Shown: positions 19,391 through 28,536 of the stretch, in pieces
Numbering within the stretch: position 1 is the stretch's first letter
Layout of the letters: each line of letters opens with the position of its first letter
Assembly (NCBI GenBank): GCA_965203905.1
Contig: CBDBDQ010000005.1
Location: forward strand, 2,944,001-3,008,000
Source: Spirochaetia bacterium
Lineage (GTDB): Bacteria > Spirochaetota > Spirochaetia > SZUA-6 > Bin103
Length of the DNA: 64,000 nucleotides
Direction: 5' to 3'
The notes under the pieces: model-generated
What the model was told of the DNA's origin: nothing
Databases searched by the model: none
Seen by the model: only the letters and a program-made list of their open reading frames with translations
Position numbers and translations under genes: made by a program

Positions 19391-20217
19391 TTCACCGCGC
19401 GTCCAGCCGCCCCGGCCAGTGGTTTCGCGGCACCGCCATCGTGCTGGTGATGGTGTTCTTCATGTTCCCGATCGTGTGGCTGTTCATGACCGCGTTCAAG
19501 ACCCCCATTGACGCGTTCTCGATACCGCCGAAGGTGTTCTTCGCACCTACCTGGGACAACTTCGTCGCCGTGTTCCGGCAGCACAACTTCTTTCTCTACT
19601 ACCGCAACACGGTGGTGATCGCGGTCGTCTCGACGCTGCTCTCCATGCTCGCCGGGACGCTGGGAGCCTACGCCCTGTCGCGCTTCGAGTTCCGCGGCAA
19701 GGGGGCGGTGGCCGGGCTCATCCTGGGCAGCCGCTTCGCGCCGCCGATCGCCATCATCCTGCCGGTGTTCGTGCTGGTGCGCGACCTGAAGCTGCTCGAT
19801 ACCTATTACCCGCTGATCGCCCTCTACACGCTGGCGAACCTGTCGTTCGTGGTGTGGCTGATGCGTTCCTTCTTCGACGACGTACCGATCGAGATCGACG
19901 AGTCGGCACGCGTGGACGGCTGCACCACCCTGGGGATTCTGTGGCGCATGGTGCTGCCGCTGGCGCGCGGCGGACTGGCGACCACCGCCATCTTCTGCAC
20001 CATCCTGTCCTGGAACGAGTTCCTGTGGGCGCTGCTGCTCACCTACGGCAACGCCACCACGCTGCCGGTCACCATGAACGCCTTCATCATGGAGAGCGGC
20101 ATCGCCTGGGGCCAGATGGCCGCCGCCTCGGCCCTGGTGACCGTGCCGCTGCTGGCGTTCGCGCTGCTCATCCAGAAACAGTTCATCCGCGGCCTCACCT
20201 TCGGCGCCGTCAAATGA
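19387..20217 (+). CDS. Carbohydrate ABC transporter permease
   Basis: GTG overlaps the upstream TGA; FFDDVPIEIDESARVDG; RGLTFGAVK. Confidence 0.92.
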   Translation: MIHRASSRPGQWFRGTAIVLVMVFFMFPIVWLFMTAFKTPIDAFSIPPKVFFAPTWDNFVAVFRQHNFFLYYRNTVVIAVVSTLLSMLAGTLGAYALSRFEFRGKGAVAGLILGSRFAPPIAIILPVFVLVRDLKLLDTYYPLIALYTLANLSFVVWLMRSFFDDVPIEIDESARVDGCTTLGILWRMVLPLARGGLATTAIFCTILSWNEFLWALLLTYGNATTLPVTMNAFIMESGIAWGQMAAASALVTVPLLAFALLIQKQFIRGLTFGAVK

Positions 20218-20345
20218 CCGGCCTGGCGGAGCCTCCGTGGAATCCGGTATTGGGAGAACGTGTTGCGGCAATTGACCAGGAACAGTAAGCTCGTGAGGCA
20301 ACGCGAACGCAGCGATACTGGCTGCAACATCTGCACAAATCGGAG

Positions 20346-20573
20346 ATGAGCGATATGACACTGACGGCGGTCTTCGTGAAGGTGCCGGAAGGATACATAG
20401 GATTCGTTGAGGAATTGCCGGGAGCCAATACGCAGGGGACAACGCTGCAAGAAGCCCGAGACAATATTCGAGAAGCAATTGCGATGACATTTGAGGCCAA
20501 TAGAATTCTAGCCCAAGAGTCTCTCAATGAAACGCAGGAAGTGATTCGAGAGCCTGTAAACATGCAGGCATGA
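20346..20573 (+). CDS. hicB: HicB family antitoxin (short form, no DNA-binding domain)
   Basis: VPEGYIGFVEELPGANTQGTTLQEARDNIREAI. Confidence 0.88.
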   Translation: MSDMTLTAVFVKVPEGYIGFVEELPGANTQGTTLQEARDNIREAIAMTFEANRILAQESLNETQEVIREPVNMQA

Positions 20574-20755
20574 AGAGGCGAGATCTCATTCGTCATCTCG
20601 AAGAAAACGGTTGCGAATTCTTGAGAGAAGGAAGCAACCATACCATGTACGTCAACCGGATGGCGCAGAGAGTTTCGGCGGTGCCGCGACATCGGGAACT
20701 GAACAGGTTCATCGCGCTCAAGATCTGTAGAGATCTGGAAATCCGGCCGCCGTAA
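20570..20755 (+). CDS. hicA: HicA family mRNA interferase toxin
   Basis: MKRRDLIRHLEENGC..REGSNH..VPRH..ICRDLEI; ATGA overlap with hicB. Confidence 0.9.
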   Translation: MKRRDLIRHLEENGCEFLREGSNHTMYVNRMAQRVSAVPRHRELNRFIALKICRDLEIRPP

Positions 20756-20801
20756 GTGGCAGGCGAGTGGGGTAAGCGAGGTCGACGGATCAGCCTCCGG
20801 A

Positions 20802-21908
20802 CTAAACCGCCGGCGGTTCGACGCCCAGCGTTTCCGCGACCCGTGCGGTGCGCTCCCAGTTGGCCTCTTCGATGGCGACGGTGTCCGTGTGCTGGGCCGC
20901 GCTGCGTGCCTCCAACTCGCCCGGGTAGAGGATCTCGTCGTGGCCGTCCATCAGCCGCGCCGACTTGACATGCGGAACCAGGGCGCCGACCTCGCGTTGG
21001 TAGAACTCTTCGCCGCAGAACGCGGCCGGGTCCAGGAACAGGGCCAGGAAGCCGTTGGCCACCCGGTCGATGCCCGTGGTGCTGCAGCCGGCGCCGGTCA
21101 GGGCGCCCGCCAGCACGTCGCCGAACATGGCCAGGCAGTAGCCCTTGTGGCCGCCGAAGGGCAGCAGGGCGCCGCCGCGGTAGTCGGCCGGGTCGGTGGA
21201 GGGCTGTCCCTGGGCGTTCACCAGGTGGCCCGGTGCCAGTTGCTCGCCGCGCGCGGCGGCGACGTCGACCTTGCCGGCGGCGATGGAGGAGGTGGCGATG
21301 TCCATCATCAATGGCGCGGTCGGCGTGGCGGGGGCGGCGCCTGGTGCAGTGTCCGCGGACCCGGCGGAGGACGCGGCGTCCGTGGACGCAGAGGCGGCCG
21401 CGGGCAGCGGGGCGCCGGCTGCCAGCGGGTTGGCCCCGAGACGGCGCTCGGCGCCACCGAAGGGCGCGGTCACCAGCCCGCCGCCGTGGGTGTTGGTAAA
21501 CGAGAAGCACACCAGTCCCGCGGCCGCCGCCTGCTCCATGAACTCGCCCATGCGGCCCAGGTGTCCGGAGCGCTTGATGGTCAGCACGCAGTGGCCGTCG
21601 CGCGCCTGCTCGATCGCCCAGTCGGTCGCCAGCCGCCCCACGTACTGGCCGAAGCCGAAGTGGCCGTCCACCTGCACCACGTGCGGCCGGTCGCCGTAAC
21701 GTTCCGGCTCGCCTGCCGGCCGCGTCCAGCCGCGGTCGATCCAGTCGCAGTACTGGCTGACACGGATGAAGCCGTGCGAAGCATGGCCGCGCTGGTTGGA
21801 CAGCACCAGCGACTCGGCCACCACGTCCGCGATGTGCTCCGGTGTGCCCTTGGCCCGCAGGATGGCGGCCACGTAGCCGCGCAGGGCAGCGACGCCGCAC
21901 GCTACCAT
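20802..21908 (-). CDS. Ldh_2 family (malate/L-lactate/ureidoglycolate-type) oxidoreductase
   Basis: RGHASHG, DGHFGFGQ, SGHLGRMG, LGANPLA, DIATS, PFGGHKGYCL, LYPGE; true start MVACG at 21908. Confidence 0.9.
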   Translation of the reverse strand: MVACGVAALRGYVAAILRAKGTPEHIADVVAESLVLSNQRGHASHGFIRVSQYCDWIDRGWTRPAGEPERYGDRPHVVQVDGHFGFGQYVGRLATDWAIEQARDGHCVLTIKRSGHLGRMGEFMEQAAAAGLVCFSFTNTHGGGLVTAPFGGAERRLGANPLAAGAPLPAAASASTDAASSAGSADTAPGAAPATPTAPLMMDIATSSIAAGKVDVAAARGEQLAPGHLVNAQGQPSTDPADYRGGALLPFGGHKGYCLAMFGDVLAGALTGAGCSTTGIDRVANGFLALFLDPAAFCGEEFYQREVGALVPHVKSARLMDGHDEILYPGELEARSAAQHTDTVAIEEANWERTARVAETLGVEPPAV

Positions 21909-21910
21909 CG

Positions 21911-22672
21911 TCAGGCGGGGCGCGCCGGTGGCGGCGCCAGGCGGTTGAACCCCATCGTGTCGCTGCCGTGGATCACCTGCAGGGTGTGATCCTCCGAGTC
22001 GTACTCCAGCACCTTGACGATGGGGATGATCGCCCGTACCGCCAGCCCGATGCGGCGCAGGTCCGAGTGGTTGGCCTCCGAGTGGTGCAGGGTGCGTTCG
22101 TTGAACAGGATGAACTCGCCCGGCTGCATCTCCAGGTCGGTGAGATCGCGCGCATCGTAGTAGCCGGCGTCGGCCATCTCGTTGAACTGCACGTCGGGGG
22201 TGGCCTCGATGTGCGGGACGATGCTGCGGTGGGAGCCGGGGATCACCTGCAGGTTGCCGTTCTGCCGGGTGGAGGGATCCACCGCGATCCAGGCGGAGAC
22301 GATCACCGGTGGCTCCAGCGGCCAGTAGTTGAAGTCCTGGTGCCAGGGGATCGCCTTGCTGCCGCGGTTCTTGACGAAGAAGTTGGTGCGCCACAGCAGC
22401 AGGTCGGGTCCGTACAGGCAGGCCATCCGCTCCACGATCTCCGGGCGGGTGGCCAGGTCGTACACGGCGCGGCTGTCCAGGTGACGGTTGTGCACGTGGT
22501 TGCCGCGCGCCGGTTCGCTGTCCAGGACCTGCTCGATGGCGGGACGCACCTCCGCCATCTCGGCGGGGGAGCACAGCGTATAGGGACCGAGATACCCGTC
22601 GCGGCGAAAGCGCGCCATCTCGGCGGCGGATAGCACAGCGGGTGCCGTAGTGGGTGCTGTCGATATTGCCAT
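21911..22672 (-). CDS. PhyH family dioxygenase
   Basis: FRRDGY, PWHQD, AWIAVD, NGNLQVIPGSH, TLHHSEAN, RRIG. Confidence 0.9.
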   Translation of the reverse strand: MAISTAPTTAPAVLSAAEMARFRRDGYLGPYTLCSPAEMAEVRPAIEQVLDSEPARGNHVHNRHLDSRAVYDLATRPEIVERMACLYGPDLLLWRTNFFVKNRGSKAIPWHQDFNYWPLEPPVIVSAWIAVDPSTRQNGNLQVIPGSHRSIVPHIEATPDVQFNEMADAGYYDARDLTDLEMQPGEFILFNERTLHHSEANHSDLRRIGLAVRAIIPIVKVLEYDSEDHTLQVIHGSDTMGFNRLAPPPARPA

Positions 22673-22696
22673 TACCGCTCCTTGCTCGCCCTGGCG

Positions 22697-23551
22697 TTAC
22701 CGCTCGGCCTCGATCCAGTCCGATCCCTGGGCCTGCAGCCGGTCGCGGAGGTCCGCTTCGAGCCGTTGCACCACCGCGGCGGAATTGGTGGCGGCCGCGC
22801 CACGGTCGGCGATCAGGTTGTGGCCGGTAACGGCAGCCGATTCGTCCGAGGCGAGGAACAGCAGCACCTCGGCGACCTGCTCGGGCAGGGCCGGGCTGCC
22901 GAGCGGATAGAGGTGCTGCTGGCGCCGCACTTCGGCCGGGTTGTGCTCCAGCATGGCGAGCTTCTTCTCCGTGAGCATGCGTGCCGGGCAGACCACGTTG
23001 GCGCGGATCCCTTGCGGGCCGTAGGCCGCTGCCAGGTGCTGGGTGAAGCTGATCATCCCCGCCTTGGCCGGGCCGTACGAAGAGATGCCGGTGTTGCCGA
23101 ACAGCGCCGTGTTGGACGACACGTTGACGATGCTGCCGCCGCCCTGGCGGATCATCACCGGAATCACCTGTTGGCAGAACAGGAAGGGAGCGGTCAGGTG
23201 GCAGAAGATGCCCTCTTCCCAGTCCCGCAGGCGGACCTCGTCGATACGTCCTCCTGGGTTGTCGATGATGGCGTTGTTCACCAGCACGTCGATGCGCTCG
23301 TGGCGCTGCAGGGTGAACTGCACCAGATCGTTGATGTCGTCCCGGCTCATGACGTCGCACACGCGGTAGTCGATCTGGCCGCTCAGCGCCTGAGCCTGGT
23401 GCAGCACCGCCTCGGCGTGCGCAGGCGTACGTCCGCGGTCGCAGATGACCACCGTGGCGCCCTCGCGCGCGAACAGCAGCGCCGCGGCCTTGCCCAGTCC
23501 CAGGGTGGCACCGGTGATGATCGCGACCTTCCCCGCCAGTCTCCCAGCCAT
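22697..23551 (-). CDS. Short-chain dehydrogenase/reductase (SDR)
   Basis: TGATLGLG, LVNNA, YGPAK (YxxxK), IRANVVCP. Confidence 0.93.
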   Translation of the reverse strand: MAGRLAGKVAIITGATLGLGKAAALLFAREGATVVICDRGRTPAHAEAVLHQAQALSGQIDYRVCDVMSRDDINDLVQFTLQRHERIDVLVNNAIIDNPGGRIDEVRLRDWEEGIFCHLTAPFLFCQQVIPVMIRQGGGSIVNVSSNTALFGNTGISSYGPAKAGMISFTQHLAAAYGPQGIRANVVCPARMLTEKKLAMLEHNPAEVRRQQHLYPLGSPALPEQVAEVLLFLASDESAAVTGHNLIADRGAAATNSAAVVQRLEADLRDRLQAQGSDWIEAER

Positions 23552-23570
23552 ACGAACTACCGGGCCGTCC

Positions 23571-23882
23571 CTACTCCTGCTCGGCCTTCTGGATGAACTT
23601 CTGCTTGGCGTAGTCGCTCACGCCCTCGGCGGCCTTGGCCGCCTGCTCCCACTCGCCCCGTTTCTCGTGGTAGTGCATCGCCTTGTAGGACTCGGGATCC
23701 TCGGCCAGCTCGCCGGTGGTGCCGATGCTCGGCGAGGCGAAGCTGTGGGTGGCGTAGTCGCGCGGCGCTGCGGCGCCGCAGGAAGGGCACTGCGAGCGCG
23801 CCACCTCGTCGCTGTTGACGTTGAGCAGCAGCTTTTCGAACACCTGCTCGCAGGCACTGCATCGATAGACATATACCGGCAT
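23571..23882 (-). CDS. FmdB-family zinc-ribbon protein with a helical C-terminal extension
   Basis: MPVYVYRCSAC..FE..CPSCG. Confidence 0.85.
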   Translation of the reverse strand: MPVYVYRCSACEQVFEKLLLNVNSDEVARSQCPSCGAAAPRDYATHSFASPSIGTTGELAEDPESYKAMHYHEKRGEWEQAAKAAEGVSDYAKQKFIQKAEQE

Positions 23883-24091
23883 GATTCCAAACCTGTATTC
23901 GAACGTACGGCAGCCTACCACGGCCCCGCTGCGTGCGTCAGCGCACCCGCCACCGCCGAGTCATACGGTCACACGCGAGGACTATCCCGCGCTGCGCGAC
24001 AAGCCGGGCGGCAAATAGACAGTTGCTCCCGCTGCCCTCGGACCGACGCCCGACGGCCCAACCGCCCAACTCGCACCCCGGCGAGCGCCGT

Positions 24092-25681
24092 TCACGTGGC
24101 CCCGTCTGGCGGCGGCGCGTACTCCCGATGCCGGAAACGGTGGTGCGCAGCACAATGGAGCCTCAAGTTCGGTGGCTCGGCGCTGCCGCCGAGCGCGAAG
24201 GGAACGATGTGGTCAAGCTCCAGCAGGAAGCGGGACCCGCAGCGCCGCCCACTGTGCGGATCGACGTAACTGCAGCAGCCACCGTCGCGGCGCCACACCT
24301 CGCGCTTCACTGGTGCCGGGATGTAGCGGGATCGGCGCGCCCGGTGGGGCGGCTGCGCGCTGCCTCCGGACGGGCCGGATGCCTCAGGCTGCGGCCGCGA
24401 ACGGCCATCGAGCTGCGCCGCCCCTGCACGCTGCGCCGTTCCTACCCGCTTCGCTGGCGAAGGAGCGTTGCGACCGCGATCCGCCGCTGCCCGCGCGGTC
24501 GGCCTGCTCTGGTCTGCCGGCGGCGTCGGTACGGTGGCGCGGGACCCACTATCTGCCACCAACTTCGCCGCCGAAGGAGCGGTGCCGGGCGCCGCGACCG
24601 GTGGCTTGGCACTCACCGGGGTGCTGCCGTCGCAAGTCTCGCGCCCCGACGGCGGCGCGGACAGCGCTGCCACCGCCGAGGTGCCGGCGCCGCCACTCCC
24701 GCGCGCGGCTTCCTCTGCGGACAGCGCTGCCGGCGCCGGGGTGCTGCCACCGGCGCTCGTGCCCTCCGGCGGCGTCGGCACTCCGGGTTGCTCTTGCGCG
24801 CCCCGCTTCGCCGGCGAAGCCGCCCCGTCTGCCGGCCCTTGCTGCGCCGTCGGCTCCGGCGCCTGGCCCGCGCTTGCCTCCCGGCGCCCACCTCTGCGCC
24901 CGCGCGGCGGCCGCCCCGGGTCGTAGCGCTGCAGGCCGTCCTGCACCAGCCGCTCCACCAGTTGCCCCAGCGTCAGGTGCGGGTCCACGTGCGACAGCAG
25001 TGCCCGTAGCTGCTCGATCCCGCACTGACACGCAGAGTCGATCACCACCTTCAACTCCCAGCGGCCCGCGCCCAGCGCCCGCATGCGGTCGGCCGGCCAC
25101 GCCAGCTCGGGAGCCACCCCGGCCAACAACTGCTTCACCTCGCGGGTGCTCTTGCCGCTCGCCTGCGCTACCAGCTCCTGCCGCTGCGCCGCGTTCAGCG
25201 CCGGCACCGGTCGCGCTGGCGCCGCTGCCCCGGTCCCCGAAGCCCCCACCTCCGGCGCCGTCCCCGTGCCGAGCGGCAGCAGCTCCGGTGCCGCGGGTGC
25301 CGCGCCGGGGTCCACGGCGGTGGTCGCCGTGCGCTGCAGGAGATCGAAGGTGTTCTGCAACTGCGCCGCCGCGCTCAGGGTGAGCGAGCCGTCCTGCAGC
25401 CGTTCGCGTGACCCGGCGGTATCGGAGCACAGGCGCATGGCTTTGATACGGCGCCAGGCGGCGCCTTCGCTGTAGCCCAGTTCGCGTACCGCGTAGTCGA
25501 ACAGGCTGGAGAACCCGAGGCGCAGGTGCAGGTGGCGCGCGTGGATCTCACGCAGGTGATCGAGGACGGCAAGCTGCAGCGCCTGCTCGTGCAGGACGAG
25601 GGACCTGGTATGCGCCAGCAGCACCTGGTCGGGGAGCCCGGAGAGCGAGGAGGAGAAGCCGGTAGCGATCGCGGCAGCCAT
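24092..25681 (-). CDS. HNH endonuclease with a DUF222-like helical N-terminus and Ala/Pro-rich linker
   Basis: N-terminal GFSSLFDYAVRELGYSEGAAWRRI; C-terminal RYIPAPVKREVWRRDGGCC..C..LELDHIVPFALGG..NLRLHCAAHH. Confidence 0.85.
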   Translation of the reverse strand: MAAAIATGFSSSLSGLPDQVLLAHTRSLVLHEQALQLAVLDHLREIHARHLHLRLGFSSLFDYAVRELGYSEGAAWRRIKAMRLCSDTAGSRERLQDGSLTLSAAAQLQNTFDLLQRTATTAVDPGAAPAAPELLPLGTGTAPEVGASGTGAAAPARPVPALNAAQRQELVAQASGKSTREVKQLLAGVAPELAWPADRMRALGAGRWELKVVIDSACQCGIEQLRALLSHVDPHLTLGQLVERLVQDGLQRYDPGRPPRGRRGGRREASAGQAPEPTAQQGPADGAASPAKRGAQEQPGVPTPPEGTSAGGSTPAPAALSAEEAARGSGGAGTSAVAALSAPPSGRETCDGSTPVSAKPPVAAPGTAPSAAKLVADSGSRATVPTPPADQSRPTARAAADRGRNAPSPAKRVGTAQRAGAAQLDGRSRPQPEASGPSGGSAQPPHRARRSRYIPAPVKREVWRRDGGCCSYVDPHSGRRCGSRFLLELDHIVPFALGGSAEPPNLRLHCAAHHRFRHREYAPPPDGAT

Positions 25682-26142
25682 GGCGTAAATATAAGCATGA
25701 CTGAGAGATGCCCGGTTGCGGCGAGTCCCGGACCGGCACCTGGAAGGGCTCAGGCCGGCGCTGGCGGGGTGCTGGAGGGCCTGGAGGGCGTGGCGGGATG
25801 TTCGAAGGGTCGGAGGGGCCGGAACGTGCGTCAGGGGGCCGTCACGAGCGGCGCCAAACCCGTCAAGTGCTCAGCGCACCTTTTTGGCACTTTTTTCGCA
25901 GAATCCTGCACCGCGGCGGCGACGTGGCAGCAACGCATCGGCGGAGACCGGCGCGTTGCGTGTCGGCGGCTACCCACTCATTCCTGGACATATTGTACAG
26001 ATAACAAATCCACTCACCCGAAGGCGGCGATCCCCAGGGATGGGCTGTCGTTCGGCATGGGATGGCCCTGCACCGCCGCCCCGCCGCACACCGCCGCGGA
26101 CCGCTTCCTGAACATGGGTACAGGATGCAACGCGGCGTTGCA

Positions 26143-26526
26143 CTACTGATCGAACGGGTTGCCCATGAATCGCTCGAAGTGGAGCTGCTCCGGGTGAATC
26201 CCGATGGACACCCCGTAATCGCGGGCGGCTCGTATGCTCTCCGGTTCCGCTTCGCTCATCTCCATTACCTTGCCGGGATACGCCACCTTGATCACCCGTT
26301 CGCGCTCGACATGGAAGTACCAGCCGGGCGAGCGTAGCCGCGCCGCGACCTTCCGCATCAGGGAGTCTACGTCCCGGTCCGCGACTTCGACATCGCAGAA
26401 CGTGAACTCGCCGCGGGATCCCTCCCGCTCCAGCCGGCGTTTCGATCTGCCCGTGACCTGGACCAGATCCCAGATTCCCCGGTCGTTCTCCAGCGACTCC
26501 GGGATCAGCACCCCTTTCCACTTCAT
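26143..26526 (-). CDS. Small hypothetical protein, probably also translated on its own
   Basis: ATG 26526 preceded by AGGAGG; KGVLIPESL..GWYFH..ARDYGVSIGIHPEQLHF. Confidence 0.6.
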   Translation of the reverse strand: MKWKGVLIPESLENDRGIWDLVQVTGRSKRRLEREGSRGEFTFCDVEVADRDVDSLMRKVAARLRSPGWYFHVERERVIKVAYPGKVMEMSEAEPESIRAARDYGVSIGIHPEQLHFERFMGNPFDQ

Positions 26527-27330
26527 TTTGCTGCTTCCTCCTGCGCGTCGCACCGCACGTGGCTGGATAGCGATGGACATGCGCACCTCGGCGCCACCGT
26601 CGAACCGCGCCACCGCGCTGCTGCCCGGCGCCACGGGCCGCGGCTCGGTGAGCGAGCCGGTCAGGATCACCGCTCCCGCCGGCAGGGCGATGCCGCGGCG
26701 ACCGAGGCTGTTCACCAGCCAGGCCACCACGTCCAGAGGGTCGCGCCGCCAGGCGCCGGTGTAGGCCGATACCGGATCGCCGCCGTCGACCCGCAGCTCC
26801 ACGGCCACCTGCATCAGGTCGCGCTCGCGCCAGTCGGGCAGCGGCGTCCCGATCACCGCGCCGCCGCTGTTGCCGCTGTCGGCGACCTCGGCAAGCGCGT
26901 CCGGCGGCGTGGCATAACGCGACTGGGTGAGATCGAACGCGGCCACCAACTCGCTCACCGCCGCGAGCGCCGCGGGCTCGTAAGGCCTGCCCTGCGGCGG
27001 AAGCTCGGCGAGCGTGCGGAACGCGAACTCGGTCTCGAGGTTCGCGGCGGGGAAGTCGGCCGCCGGCAACGTCGCGGCATTCGGGTACACGCGCGGCCCG
27101 AACAACGGCCCCGGTATCGGCTGATCCAGGGAGCGCTGACGCATGATGGCAGGAGTCGCGGCGCCGACCTTCCAGCCCACCACCGGCAGGCCGAGGAGTT
27201 CGGTCACGGCGTCCTGGATGGCATACGCCTCGTCCCGGCCGCGCGGCCGGGCAGCGCCAAGGTCCCGGATCGGTTCACCGGATCGCCAGGCGTCAGCCAG
27301 TCGCCGCGCCGCGATGTCGGTGCGCCCCAT
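26143..27330 (-). CDS. 2-keto-4-pentenoate hydratase/FAH-family protein fused in frame to a 127-aa hypothetical domain
   Basis: AYAIQ, VGWKVGAT, ETEFAF, ADSGNSGG..G, VILTGS; no stop before MKWKGVLIPESL. Confidence 0.8.
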   Translation of the reverse strand: MGRTDIAARRLADAWRSGEPIRDLGAARPRGRDEAYAIQDAVTELLGLPVVGWKVGAATPAIMRQRSLDQPIPGPLFGPRVYPNAATLPAADFPAANLETEFAFRTLAELPPQGRPYEPAALAAVSELVAAFDLTQSRYATPPDALAEVADSGNSGGAVIGTPLPDWRERDLMQVAVELRVDGGDPVSAYTGAWRRDPLDVVAWLVNSLGRRGIALPAGAVILTGSLTEPRPVAPGSSAVARFDGGAEVRMSIAIQPRAVRRAGGSSKMKWKGVLIPESLENDRGIWDLVQVTGRSKRRLEREGSRGEFTFCDVEVADRDVDSLMRKVAARLRSPGWYFHVERERVIKVAYPGKVMEMSEAEPESIRAARDYGVSIGIHPEQLHFERFMGNPFDQ

Positions 27331-27337
27331 CGGCGAG

Positions 27338-28219
27338 CTACGCGGCGTACGGGTCTCCCGGTGTGTGCCGGCGCCGCACCGGGCGCTCTTCGAGCCAGTC
27401 CTCCAGGGCGGCCACCCGCTCCGGGTGCCTGCGGCTGCGCGCGAGGAAGCCGACGCCCATGGTCAGCATCGGGTCCTGGCTGGTCGGCTGGTAGCGCAGG
27501 TCGACGGCCCAGCGCACGTGGTCAGAGCGGTTGGGGGTGGAGGAGTGGATGCAGCGGTCGTTGAACAGGATGGCGTCTCCCTTCCGTACCGGCAGCGGCA
27601 GGGGCTGCTTCTCCTTGCCGATATGCTCGGCGTCCACCTCCAGGTAACCCGTGCCGGTTACCTGCTCGTGGTGATAGGAGAGCACCTTCTGGCGGTGGGT
27701 CTGCGGCATGATGTGCAGGCAGCCGTTCTCCAGGGTTGCATCGACCAGCGGCACCCACACCGTGATCACCGGGTTGGCGCTGGCCTGCGGCCAGTACGAC
27801 TTGTCCTGGTGCCACGGCACCGCCCCGGCAGCAACCTTCGGCACCTTGGGCCGCGTGTTGTACACCGGGTTGGCGAAGATCTCGCCGCCGATCGGCGACT
27901 CCACGGCATCGAGAATGACCGGGTTGGCCATCAGCTCGAAATAGCCGGGATCGCGGTCCCGCCAACTGCGGCCGAACTTCAAGAACTCTGCGTCGCTGCG
28001 GCCCGCGAACAGCTCCGCCAGGCGGGACTCGAACGGGCTGTCCCGACGCGCGTCGTCGATCAGGCCATGCGCCAACAGGTCCGCCGCGATCAGGTCAACC
28101 TTGCGCTCCATCGCCGCCCGCGCGGGTCGCAGGTCGGCGTCGCTCAACAGTTGCTCCAGGACCAGGTATCCCTCGCGGTCATAGAAGGCCAGTTGCCCGG
28201 GTGTCAGTCTGCCATGCAT
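27338..28219 (-). CDS. PhyH family dioxygenase
   Basis: FYDREGYLV, VPWHQD, WVPLVDA..ENGCL, IHSSTPN, RWAVDLRY. Confidence 0.9.
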   Translation of the reverse strand: MHGRLTPGQLAFYDREGYLVLEQLLSDADLRPARAAMERKVDLIAADLLAHGLIDDARRDSPFESRLAELFAGRSDAEFLKFGRSWRDRDPGYFELMANPVILDAVESPIGGEIFANPVYNTRPKVPKVAAGAVPWHQDKSYWPQASANPVITVWVPLVDATLENGCLHIMPQTHRQKVLSYHHEQVTGTGYLEVDAEHIGKEKQPLPLPVRKGDAILFNDRCIHSSTPNRSDHVRWAVDLRYQPTSQDPMLTMGVGFLARSRRHPERVAALEDWLEERPVRRRHTPGDPYAA

Positions 28220-28536
28220 GGGAGTGTCGCCATTGGGTACGCGCCGCAGCCCGCCTGTCAAACGGAATCGGCGTATCGGGAGGGCGGCATAGGCACAGTG
28301 CCGCTGAGCGGTAGCGGTTCAGAGTGACACCGTCAAGCCGCAACGCTTTGCGTGTCGCGAGTCCACTACCGCCCCGGTTTGGCCCCGATGGCCCGATGGC
28401 GCCGAGTGTTGCCGAAGTCGCGCACAAGCGGTAGAAACCCACAGGCTGCCGTAGGCATACCGGGATGCGCGAGGTGCGGACCTGCCGCGGACACTACTCG
28501 AAGACCTGGAGTGAGCTGCTGCAAAAGGGAGATGGA

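Noticed and set aside
21911-22672. Possible SyrB2-like halogenase (WRTNFF.K..WHQ context)
   Set aside because: Retains HxD (WHQD); halogenases replace the Asp with Ala or Gly.
24092-25681. IscB/Cas9-like RNA-guided nuclease
   Set aside because: No RuvC motifs or PLMP N-terminus; only a terminal HNH.
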